A DNA stretch of 63,750 nt, filler included, from Ministeria vibrans ATCC 50519 (Eukaryota; Protista; Filasterea): assembly GCA_943704425.1 (NCBI GenBank). It is 7 parts of 7 records of this genome, joined end to end, with 100 filler letters (N's around TTAATTAATTAA, not from the genome) between each part and the next. Parts side by side here need not be neighbours in the genome. Positions count along the whole stretch, not along the records: positions 1 to 16,904 come from CALSCP010002275.1; positions 17,005 to 34,541 come from CALSCP010001379.1; 5 more parts are not named here. One strand, 5' to 3'. The notes beneath the pieces are model-generated. The model saw only the letters and a program-made list of their open reading frames with translations. It was not told the DNA's origin and made no database searches. The position numbers and the translations under genes are program-made. Shown one piece after another: positions 13,604-24,810 of the stretch. Each line of letters opens with the position of its first letter. Position 1 is the stretch's first letter.

Positions 13604-16600
13604 TTCAAAGATGCGAAGACGGTCAAGCCCCATCAGATTACACTTGTTGGTGCCAAGCAGTCGGGTGGCGTGCTGCGTGTCAAGGACGTCTCGGACCTGT
13701 ACGACGGCATTCAGATTGAAGTGGTCCTGCCCGAGGTCCTCTCCTTCAGTCCGCCTCCCGTTGCCCACCACTCGACCAAGGCCAGCATCCCCAACTCGCC
13801 CGCCTCCGCACGTATTGGTTCGGGTACCTCGTCGCCGATTTCCGGCACACCACCCGCAAGAAAGAAGGTAAAAAACGTTAGCGGACCTCTTTGTGTTGAA
13901 TTGTTATTGTTTATTATTGTTATTTTTCAGACATTTATGGACAAACTCACGGGCAATCGGCCGAGGTCAACGTCAGAACATTCTGCAGAAATTGCTGGAT
14001 TTGACGTGTCGCGGACACAGTCGTCGGGAGGCGGCACACTGACGGACGGGCGACCGCATCGCCTGAGTGTTCACTCTTACAAGAAGCCAACCTTTTGCGA
14101 TGATTGTCAGGTAACGTGCCCTCCTCCCCTCCCCCTTTTTTTCTTCTTTTTTTGTACTTAGTCTGCCGTAATTTATCATTAGTATGAATTCTGATGATTT
14201 ACAATTATTTTGATGACTTTCTTTTTTTTTCCCTTCTTTTTGGCATGATTCTTTATTTTCTCTTATCCCCTCACGCTTGCGTAGGAGATGTTGTGGGGAC
14301 TGGTACGACAAGGGGTCAAGTGCAGTGAGTGTGGCAAAAACTTCCACAAGCGATGTGCGGTGAATCTGGACAACAAGGGCTGCAAGGCACAGGTGATGTC
14401 GCCGACAGGTGCGCTGCGCAACACGGGCGGCGTGCCGCACTCGTTTGCAGTGCACACATACAAAACACTCACGTGCTGTGGCTACTGCAAGAAGTTGCTG
14501 TGGGGCATGACACGCCAGGGCATGCAATGCGAAGACTGCGGCTTCAACGTACATCGCAAGTGCAGCGAGGACGCGCCCCACGATTGCGGTATCGCACAAG
14601 TGGAGTTCACAACGGTCGACGCTGACGGTCAGCCTGTCACAACCACCTGGACCGCCATGCTCGAGGAGGTCTACAAGACGATCCGCACCGAAAAGATTCC
14701 TCCTGTCGACAAGTCCAAGTACCCGTACTCCCCCGACTCCGACGAGGACAAGATCAGTGCCATGGAGAATGTCGAGGAGGCCGTCGCGAACGGTCAATAC
14801 GGAATGGTAATCACTCAATGATTTTTTTCTTCTTCTTTTCTTTTTTTCATCTTTTGTTTTGATTTTTTGTTTTGTGGTTTTCAGGCTGTTGGCTTGATTC
14901 GATACTTTCGCATGGTCTTCCCCGGCGACGTGTTTGGTCAACAGTCCAGCGATGAAGTTGAGGTGATGAAGGCGCTGTTCTTGCGCAAGGAAATGTCGAC
15001 TGGCTCGCAAATTCCGCTCCATCGTCTCATGAACAACATGCCCGCGAGCGTGCGCGACGAAGACGAGTCCAACAAGAACCGCAAGTCGCACACTCACCAC
15101 GGCCACGTCTTCTTTGCCACACACTTCAACACTCCCACTTTCTGCCAGCACTGTCGCGAGTTTATTTGGGGTCTTGCTCGTCAAGGTATATTGATAATAA
15201 TTATAATACTTATAATAATAATTATTCTTTCTTCGTTATTATTAATGATAATAATTTTTTAACACTTATTTCTTTTTTTGTTAGGCTACAAATGCCAAAA
15301 GTGCGGTTTCAAGTGCCACAAACGATGCTACAACAAGACCAAAGCGTGTACGGGAGAGCGACAGCAGAGCGAATTGTTTGAGCAGCGAGAAATTATTCTT
15401 GAGGGATGGCTGGTGCATCAAACGAACAAGGACACGAACAAGACGCAGCGACGCAAGCGACGCTACTGGCGTCTCGACGAAATTCGTCTGTGCAGCTACG
15501 TGAGTGACATGGAGAAGCAGGCCAAGGACATCATCCCTATTGACGAGATCCAGGGTGCCGACACGAGCAGCATCACGCAGCTTGACTTTTGCTTCGAAGT
15601 GACGACTTCCAAGTGCGTGTTCCTCATGGAGGCCGAGAATGAGGCGGAGCGTCGCGATTGGCTTTATGCTATTCGCATGCTCATTGGCAAGGGCGACCCT
15701 GACTCGGGCATGCACGCTCCAGAGTCCGCCGAAAGCACCGTGCCCACGTCTGCGTCTCTCGCCGCCGCCGCTGTGCCCCCTCCCACTTCCGGTGTCCCGG
15801 CCACGCGTATCGACCTCAAAGCTCCCCCTTCAAACACGGACGTGTCGGTTGGAGCAGCAGCGCCTGCTGCTTCAGCTCCCGTCGAATCTCCAGTGGCAGC
15901 GCCCCCACCGCAAGTGGCCGTCGGCGCTGGTGTGCCTACCGGTCTTGCCGCAGCAGCCGCCGCCGTGGCCGCCGCAGGCTCTGGGCCCCGTTCCTCTGTA
16001 TCAGTGCCGGTGAATCCCGGTGCCCCACCAATCAGCGCGGCCGCTGCACCCGCTGCCGCCGCAGCAGCAACTGCTGCTCCCAAGACGGCGACACGTGAGC
16101 CCAGTGGTGCTGACAAGATGCTATCGCTGTCGACGCGCAACATCAGCCAGGACTACAAACTCCACCTCAACGATGTTCTTGGCTCCGGTCAATTTGGTGT
16201 AGTTGTCGGTGCTGAGCGTCAAAGCGACGGAGCGGTATCAAAATCTTTTACAGTGTCCCGCTGAACCTGTTCTTACTAATTCTTGCATTATTAATATTTT
16301 GTTTAGCACTTTGCCGTGAAAATTATTGAGAAGAAGAAGATGTCGCAGAGCAAGAACAGCAAGACATCGTCGTTCAAAAACGAAGTGCGCATCCTTCAAA
16401 AGGTGATAATTTTTATTACTTTCGATCCTTTTCAATTATAATTATTAATAATCATTAATGATTGTTATTGCTTAGGTGCGTCACGAGAGCATTGTGTCGC
16501 TGGAGGACATCTACGAGGCACACGACAAGATCTTCCTAGTTATGGAGCGCGTCGAGGGTGGTGACATGCTCGACCGCATTCTCCTTAACCCCAATGGCAA

Positions 16601-16829
16601 ACTCGGTGAACGCGAGACAAAGGTATGATGTGTATGATGTTATTATTATTATTATTATTATAAAAATAATATTATAATACTAATACAATTATTATTCTTT
16701 TTTTTTCTTTGTTAGTTCCTTGTGGTGCAAATTTTGGTTGCGTTGAAGTATTTGCATGCGCTGGACATTTCGCATCGTGATCTGAAGCCAGAGAATGTGC
16801 TGCTCATGAGCAAAGGTCCTTTCCCTCAG
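13604..16829 (+). CDS. PRKD: Protein kinase D-like kinase (ULD, three C1 domains, PH, kinase), 5' end unresolved, 3' truncated at contig end
   Basis: ULD-like [12 protein letters not shown]; three Cys/His C1 domains; IPLHRL motif; PH EGWLVH...RRYWRLD; kinase [19 protein letters not shown] and PFPQ. Confidence 0.9.
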
Positions 16830-16904
16830 GTAATGAATACATTCATGAATTATTTGTTGTTGTTGTTGTTGCTGCTGTTTTTTTTTTTTTTTTTTTTTTT
16901 TTTT

Positions 16905-17004
16905 NNNNNNNNNNNNNNNNNNNNNNNNNNNNNNNNNNNNNNNNNNNNTTAATTAATTAANNNNNNNNNNNNNNNNNNNNNNNNNNNNNNNNNNNNNNNN
17001 NNNN
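16905..17004. other. Artificial contig spacer (44 N + TTAATTAATTAA + 44 N); also at 34542-34641, 44877-44976, 52147-52246, 59961-60060, 62238-62337
   Basis: Six identical 100-nt spacers with a palindromic all-frame-stop core; genes are cut at the spacers. Confidence 0.97.
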
Positions 17005-20000
17005 ACCTCGTTCTGGCACGTCGCGCCGTTCTGACACGGCGACGATGCGCACTCGTTGATGTCGGTCTCGCACTCGTCTCCAGTGTATCCAGGGACGCAC
17101 TGACAATCGTACGTTGTTCCAGTCTGAACACAGGTACCGCTGTTCTGGCATGGTGATGACGTACACATGTCAATCTCCGTCTCGCACTGCGTGCCCGTGT
17201 AGTACATCGAGCACAGGCATTCCCAGCTGCCAAGGCAGTCCAGGCAAATGCCGCCGTTGGTGCACGGTGACGACGCGCACTCATCAATGTTCGTCTCGCA
17301 GTACATTCCAGTAAAACCGGGGATACAGTCACACTCAAACGAGGCAACACCATCCATACAGGTGCCTCCGTTGCCACAAGGGTTCGGCTCGCAATCGTCA
17401 ATGTTCGTCTCGCAATGCACGCCAGTGTAGCCTGGAGGGCACTGGCAAACATAGCTGTTCACACCGTCGACACAGAACCCGGCGTTCTCGCACGGCGACG
17501 ACGCACACTCATCAATGTTCGTCTCGCACTGCACGCCGGTGAAGCCAGGCTTGCACGCGCAGACAAAGCCGCACACGTTGTCGGTGCAAGTACCGCCGTT
17601 GGCGCACGGCGTCGAAGCACACTCGTTGATGTTCGTAAGGCATTGGTTGTCGGTCCAACCGCATGCGCACATGCACCAGAACGAGCCAACCTCGTTCTGG
17701 CACGTACCATCGTTAGCGCACGGCGACGACGCACACTCATCGATGTCCGACTCACACTCAGCACCGGTGTAACCCGGCAGGCAAGCACACGTGTATGAAT
17801 TAACTCCGTTGACACACGTCGCTCCATTCTGGCACGGCATCGACGAGCATTCATCAATGTTCGATTCACACAACGGACCAGTGAAGCCCGGAAGACAGTT
17901 GCAAGTGTGTCCGCACACGCCGTCAACACAAGTACCACCGTTCAAGCATGGGTTCGAGCCACACTCGCCAATGTTCTGCTGGCATTGCGTACCGGTCCAT
18001 CCGCATGCACACGTGCACCAGGATGATCCAACCTCGTTCTGGCACGTCGCGCCATTCTGACACGGGTACGACGCACACTCATCAATGTCCGACTCACAGT
18101 CGGTGCCGGTGTAACCGTTGGCACATGTGCACCAGTACGATCCAACCTCATTCTGGCACGTCGCGCCGTTCTGACACGGGCTCGAGGCACACTCATCAAT
18201 GTCAGACTCGCAATCCATGCCGGTGTAACCATTGGCACACGTGCACCAGTATGAGCCAACNNNNNNNNNNNNNNNNNNNNNNNNNNNNNNNNNNNNNNNN
18301 NNNNNNNNNNNNNNNNNNNNNNNNNNNNNNNNNNNNNNNNNNNNNNNNNNNNNNNNNNNNNNNNNNNNNNNNNNNNNNNNNNNNNNNNNNNNNNNNNNNN
18401 NNNNNNNNNNNNNNNNNNNNNNNNNNNNNNNNNNNNNNNNNNNNNNNNNNNNNNNNNNNNNNNNNNNNNNNNNNNNNNNNNNNNNCGTTCTGGCACGTCG
18501 CGCCGTTCTGACACGGGCTCGAGGCACACTCATCAATGTCAGACTCGCAATCCATGCCGGTGTAACCATTGGCACACGTGCACCAGTATGAGCCAACTTC
18601 GTTCTGGCACGTCGCATCGTTCTGGCACGGGCTCGAGGCACACTCATCAATGTCAGACTCGCAATGGACACCGGTGTACCCCGACTGGCACGAGCATGTG
18701 TAGCCACACACTCCATCCATGCACTGACCGTTGTTCTGACACGGTGTCGATGTGCACTCGTTGATGTTGTACGTGCACTGAGCTCCGCCCCATCCGCAAC
18801 CGCATGTGCACGAGTATCCATTGACAAGGTCGTTGCATGTCGCGCCGTTGGCACACGGCGTCGAGGCACACTCGTCAATGTTCGTCTCGCAGTCATTGCC
18901 AGTGTAACCCGGCACGCAAGTGCACCAGTACGAGTTGACCTCGTTCTGGCACGTCGCGCCGTTCTGACACGGCGACGATGCGCACTCGTTGATGTCAGTC
19001 TCGCACTCGTCTCCAGTGTATCCAGGGACGCACTGACAATCGTACGATGTGCCAGTCTGAACACAGGTACCGCTGTTCTGGCATGGTGATGACGTACACA
19101 TGTCAATCTCCGTCTCGCACTGCGTGCCCGTGTAGTACATCGAGCACAGGCATTCCCAGCTGCCAAGGCAGTCCAGGCAAATGCCGCCGTTGGTGCACGG
19201 TGACGATGCGCAATCGTCAATGTTTGTCTCGCATACCATGCCGGTGAAACCGGGGATACAGTCACACTCAAACGAGGCAACGCCATCCATACAGGTGCCT
19301 CCGTTTCCACAAGGGTTCGGCTCGCAATCGTCAATGTTCGTCTCGCAATGCACGCCGGTGAATCCAGTCATGCAATAACAAACGTAGCTGTTCACACCGT
19401 CGACACAAAACCCGGCGTTCTCGCACGGCGACGACGCACACTCATCAATGTTCGTCTCGCACTGCACGCCGGTGAAGCCAGGCTTGCACGCGCAGACAAA
19501 GCCGCACACGTTGTCGGTGCAAGTACCGCCGTTGGCGCACGGCGTCGAAGCACACTCGTTGATGTTTGTGAGGCATTGGTTGTCAGTCCAACCGCATGCG
19601 CACATGCACCAGAACGACCCAACCTCGTTCTGGCACGTACCATCGTTGGCACATGGTGACGAAGCACACTCGTCAATGTCGGTCTCGCAGTCGTCACCAG
19701 TGTACCCATTGGCGCAGGTACACCAGTATGACCCAACTTCGTTCTGGCAAGTGGCTCCGTTCTGGCACGGCATCGACGAGCACTCGTCAATGTTTGACTC
19801 GCACAGCGAGCCAGTGTAGCCCGGAAGACAGTTGCAAGTATGTCCGCACACTCCATCAACACAAGTGCCACCGTTGAAGCACGGGTTCGAGGAACATTCG
19901 GGGATATTCTGCGCACACGTGAGACCAGTCCAGCCACACTTGCACAAGCAAGTGTACGAGTTGACGCCGTCGATGCAGGTACCGCCATTGGCACACGGGT

Positions 20001-22820
20001 ACGAGGCACACTCATTAATATTAGTCTCGCACACGGTGCCGGTGTAGCCAGGCACGCAGTCGCACACGTATGAGTTGACACCGTCGTTGCAGGTTCCGCC
20101 ATTTTCACACGGTGCGGACAAGCACTCGTCAACGTTGGTCTCGCAACTGGGTCCGGTAAAGCCTGGGGTACACTGGCAGATGTAGCTTCCCAGGCAATCG
20201 TGACAAGTTCCACCATTTTCACACGGAGACGAAGCACAATCGTCAATGTTGGTCTCGCACAGATCGCCGGTGAAGCCCGGCTGGCACAAACACGTGTGTC
20301 CGCAAACCTTGTCAACGCAGAGTCCGTAGTTGAGGCACGGATTTGACGCACACTCGTTGACATTGTGCGTACATGTCTGACCAACCCAGCCACAGTCACA
20401 CGTGCAATCGAAATAGTTGATATGGTCGGTACACGTCGCACCGTTGCGGCAAGGGCTTGAGGCGCACTCGTCAATTTCCGTCTCACAATGTTCGCCCGTG
20501 TATCCGACGACGCAGTCGCACACGTACGACGCCACCCCATTCTGGCACGTGCCACCGTTCACACACGGATCAGGCATGCAGAAGTCTTCCTCGCGCTCGC
20601 AGTTGAGACCCACATAGCCAGGGGGGCAACGGCAGTGGTAGCCGCAAGTGCGGTCTTCGCACGTACCACCGTTGGTGCAGGGGCTCGAAGCGCATTCGAC
20701 CACGACCGTCTGGCAATGGTCACCCGTGGTGCCGCACGGGCACAAACACTCGTAGCCAATGGTCAGCTCGTTGCACGTACCGCCGTTGGCGCATGGGCGC
20801 GACGTGCACTCGTTGATGTCTTCCTCGCACATGGGTCCGGTGTAACCATCGGGGCAGCTGCATGTATAGCCATTGACCTGCTCGTGACAAGTGCCGGCAT
20901 TGCTGCAAGGCGAGGAAGTACACTCGTTGATTTCTGACTCGCACATGGGTCCAGTAAAACCAGCAGCACACACGCACATGTACATGGGCGGCGGCTTGGA
21001 GCGACGGCGCGTTACAACAACACGACGACGGGCGATTGCACGCCGACGTGTCACAACACGACGACGAGCGATCGAGCGACGGCGCGTGACAACACGACGA
21101 CGGGCAACGGGAGGCGGGGGTGCGCGACGACGGCTGATTGTGCGACGACGCGCCACGGGGGCGCGGCGGCGTGTGGGCGGGGGTGCCACGCGTCGACGAC
21201 TGGAAGTTCGTCGGCGCGACGTTGATCGACGACGCGAAACCGGAGAGCGGCGACGCGGGGGTGGCGGAGGAGGCGGTGGCGGAGGAGGCGGTGGAGGTGC
21301 ACGGCGGCGGCTGATGGAACGGCGACGCGACGTGCTGCGACGACGCGAGGTGCTGCGACGACGAGATGTACTGCGACGACGCGACGAGCTGCGACGACGC
21401 GACGTGGTGCGACGGCGTGGACCACGTCGTTCACCGCGCACAAGCTCGTTCGTATCGCCTTCTTCGTCATTAAACTCATCATTATCTTGGTTGACCTCTT
21501 CGTTGTCAGCGAGAGATTCGACCTCGTCAACGCTCTGTTCGTTCTCGTCGAATACGGTACCAATGCTGCGACGGAACAATTCGGCCGTTTCGCTTTCGTC
21601 GTCGTCGTCGGTGACAACTTCCTCCTCGTACATGTCACTTTCCTCTTGGTAAGAAATTTCTTCGCTGTCCTCATTGTCGAGCGAACGACGTCCAATGTAC
21701 GTGTCGACAAGGACACAAGAAGCGCCATTTGCACAGGGACTCGACGAGCACACATCGGACGGCTCCGAGCAAGTGGGGCCCGTAAAGCTTGTCGTGCACT
21801 TGCAGACGAAGCCGTTGCTCGAGTCGATGCAGGTTCCGCCGTTTTCGCACGGTGACGACTTGCACTCGTTGATGTTGGTCTCGCAGCGGGTACCGGTGTA
21901 GCCGTCGGGGCAGACGCACTGGGACATGTGCTTGACGTTGTTGCTAATGGCCATGTAAATGGCGGCGAGGTCGCTTCCCGACGGCGAGTAGTAGTAGGCG
22001 CCCGCGGAGGTGTGAGCGACTTCGCGCAGTTTGTTTTGCGTGCTTGTCGAGACACCCAGGCCAATCGTGAAGATGGGGAAAGGCGCCTGGCAGACACCGC
22101 CGTCAATGTAGTCGGCACCAACATAGGCCGAACCATAGTCGTCGTTGATGTTGCCATCCTGACCGCCCACAGCACCGACCGCATCGCCATCGGGGAACTC
22201 GTTCGCGTCGTTGTTGCCGTAAAAGTTGAGGGCCGAGGCGGTATCTGCACCGTCTGTCAGTGCCACGACAGCCTTTTGAGCGGTCGAGCGACTGTTGTCC
22301 AGCGCATACTTGATGGCGTCGGTGGTTGTGTCCCACAGGGGCGTGTAGCTCGAAAGCGTGCTAAGGACCGACTTTTTGACAAGGTCAATCAGTTGTGTCT
22401 TGCCAGCGGTGGTCGTCGCAACGAATGATGAAAAGCGCTTGGGGCGAGACGTTTGCTTGGGGTACGACTGAGGCGAAAGAGTCTGGAAGCCAAAGAGCGC
22501 GACGCGATCGTCGGGGCCGAGTTGCTGGATAAAGAGAATCGCAGCGTCCCTCAGGGCCGTTTGCTCCTGACGAATCGAGTAGGAGTTGTCGATGACCATG
22601 ACGACATCCACGGGCTTGTCGCCCGTCGTCGTCGTGTCGACACAAGTGCCGCCGTTCTGGCAGGTATACGCGTTGCAAAGTTTCTGGGTGTCACAACGAG
22701 TACCACCCCATCCAGAGATACACTCGCAAGTGAACTGGTAGATCGACTTGCCAGGTGTACATTTTCCCATGAGACCACACGGGTTGGTGGAGCACGCACT
22801 GCTGTAGGCATCGGATGTGA
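17005..22820 (-). CDS. Giant Ca-binding EGF-repeat protein (roughly 35-40 EGF seen) with an inserted VWA domain and acidic/Arg-rich block; first exon unresolved, C-terminus lost
   Basis: Repeated (D/N)I(D/N)EC-x4-C-x5-C...CxC..G(F/Y)TG..C units in an apparently single 5.8-kb exon with an internal N gap at 18261-18485. VWA has an intact MIDAS (DNSYS, YTPL, LTDG). Splice acceptor at 22821-22822. Confidence 0.92.
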
Positions 22821-23239
22821 CTGGGTGTATGAAAAGAAAAGGATAGTTAGGAAAACTGGTTTATTATTTCGGGGAGTCGAGAAACCATCACAGGGCCCAA
22901 AAGAAGAAGAAAAAAACAATGCAACATTCAAGTTCTAAAGATAGTAACCAGACCATAACTATGATATTATGCAAAACGAAGGGGAAAAAAGAAGAACGGA
23001 AAGTGTTGCAGAGCCTTCACCGCATTTGGATAATTATAAAGAGAGAAAAAAAACATTCCAAGCGATATTTCTCACACCAACACAGAAAAAAGCCAAATAG
23101 TTGAAAGTTTGTTGGAAGGGCGGCGCGCAAGCAAACTCCAACATGACAACCATGGACAATCGCAAATACACAAAAAAGATTCGGTTCAAGCGTTTGCGTG
23201 CGACCACCTTAAAACAAAAGGGGGGCAGGGNNNNNNNNN

Positions 23240-23876
23240 CTCCATCGTAAACTTGATGATTTTTGACGCGTCCACTGAATGATCGTTGAAAGCCTTTTCC
23301 AGCGCAGTCTTGGTAGTACCCTCTACATAAAATCAACATCAAAATAAAAATAAAAAAATATATATTAATTATTATTAATAATAATAATTATTATTATTAT
23401 TATTGACACAAAAATCAGCTGATTATTATTATTATTATTGTCGTCGAAAAAATTCTTCTTCACAAAAATAATCCTTGCATTCGTTCTAGCTTACCGCAAG
23501 TGACGGAAGCCTCTTTGGCTTCATTCTTGGAGGTAACCTCAAATCGAAAGGACGTAGGCTCTGCCTCCTATGAGAATATAAAACATAAAATAAAAGTCGA
23601 ACGTTGAACTTCGGACGAAAACGAAAGTGTTCGACACGCCAAAACCCAGCAGACAAAGCTAACACACCAGGTAAAAATACATGCAAAAGCACAACACTAA
23701 TAGCGGACACGCGTTGCAAGAGAAAATGAAGCGGCACCGGCGGGGGCCAGGCCGAGAGTGGGTGGGAGTTGAGGTGCGGAAGAACAAACCTTGACAGAGG
23801 CAAAGATCAACTCAACGTCGTTTGTCTTTGCTATAAAGGTGATGACTGACGCATCAGTAGTAGTAGTGTGGCTCAT
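23240..23876 (-). CDS. Small spliced ORF of unknown function, cut by the 9-N gap at 23231
   Basis: Three GT-AG exons splice in frame: MSHTTTTDASVITFIAKTNDVELIFASVK | EAEPTSFRFEVTSKNEAKEASVTC | EGTTKTALEKAFNDHSVDASKIIKFTME. No signal peptide, so probably not the 5' end of the EGF gene. Confidence 0.45.
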
Positions 23877-24632
23877 GGTAGAATTAGTGGGTGGTAAGAG
23901 TAAAAAAAAGTGTCAAAATAATTAGAATTTTTTTTAAATAATAATAATATTTGAGGGTCTTGACTCTTTGGGGTTTGAAGGACGGAAAAAATGAATAGTT
24001 CCGACGTCGACATCGACAGTCGATCTTGGCCCTGTAAAAACGATGTCGCAACCGTTCTCTCCACAAAATCTTTTTGCCTCTATTGGCGTACGCTTGTTGA
24101 ATCCAAGTGACGCCACGCAATGCATAACTGTTGGTGTTTGTTTCGGCTGAACATTCGAATTATATTTCAACACAATAGAAGTCGACCAGGATGAGTTTTT
24201 GCTACAAAAATTGATTGTTAGTTATACGGAGTCACTGGTACGATCAAGCAGCTTCTATTTTTTAATATTGTTATGTGTCTCCTATGTCCCTAGGGTCTTT
24301 GCGTGCTTTGTACTGTATTCTTCTTCTTCTAATTTATAAGGGCTTCTCTCGGGAGAACCTCGTCTAGAAGTCTACGGCGGAAGTATTGAGCTGCTCATTG
24401 TTTTGTATATTGTCCTTGTTTGACATATTGAGTGCAGCTCTCGATTTTTCTCCTTTTACTTTTCCTTATTTTTGGAATTCATCGAATTCTTCGTACGCTT
24501 GCTGCGAGAGCGTCGTCTTATTCGTCCATGGGTGCTCCTGGCTCCAAAAACTCCTTCTAACCATTTTCTTGGGGCTATATTACTTTTCATTCAATTAATT
24601 TCTTGTCACTTCATTTATCCATTTGTATTCCG

Positions 24633-24768
24633 ATGCTCCTTCAGTTAGCCGTCCTCTCAATAGGATTATTGTGTACTCGTGCTGAAGTTGACTTGTATGC
24701 CTAGAGAAAAAAGAAGAAGAGGAGACATGTTGTTATTGTTGATTGGAAGATGACTGACTGACTTGCCT

Positions 24769-24810
<42 letters not shown>

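Noticed and set aside
13973-15184. 403-aa minus-strand ORF and similar long antisense ORFs (20891-21652, 10457-11305, 59259-59924)
   Set aside because: These are shadows of GC-rich coding sequence on the opposite strand, or run through introns, and have no independent domain signal.
17005-22820. Notch orthologue
   Set aside because: The EGF count is similar, but no LNR, transmembrane or ankyrin region is visible (C-terminus missing), and the VWA and poly-Arg inserts are not Notch features.
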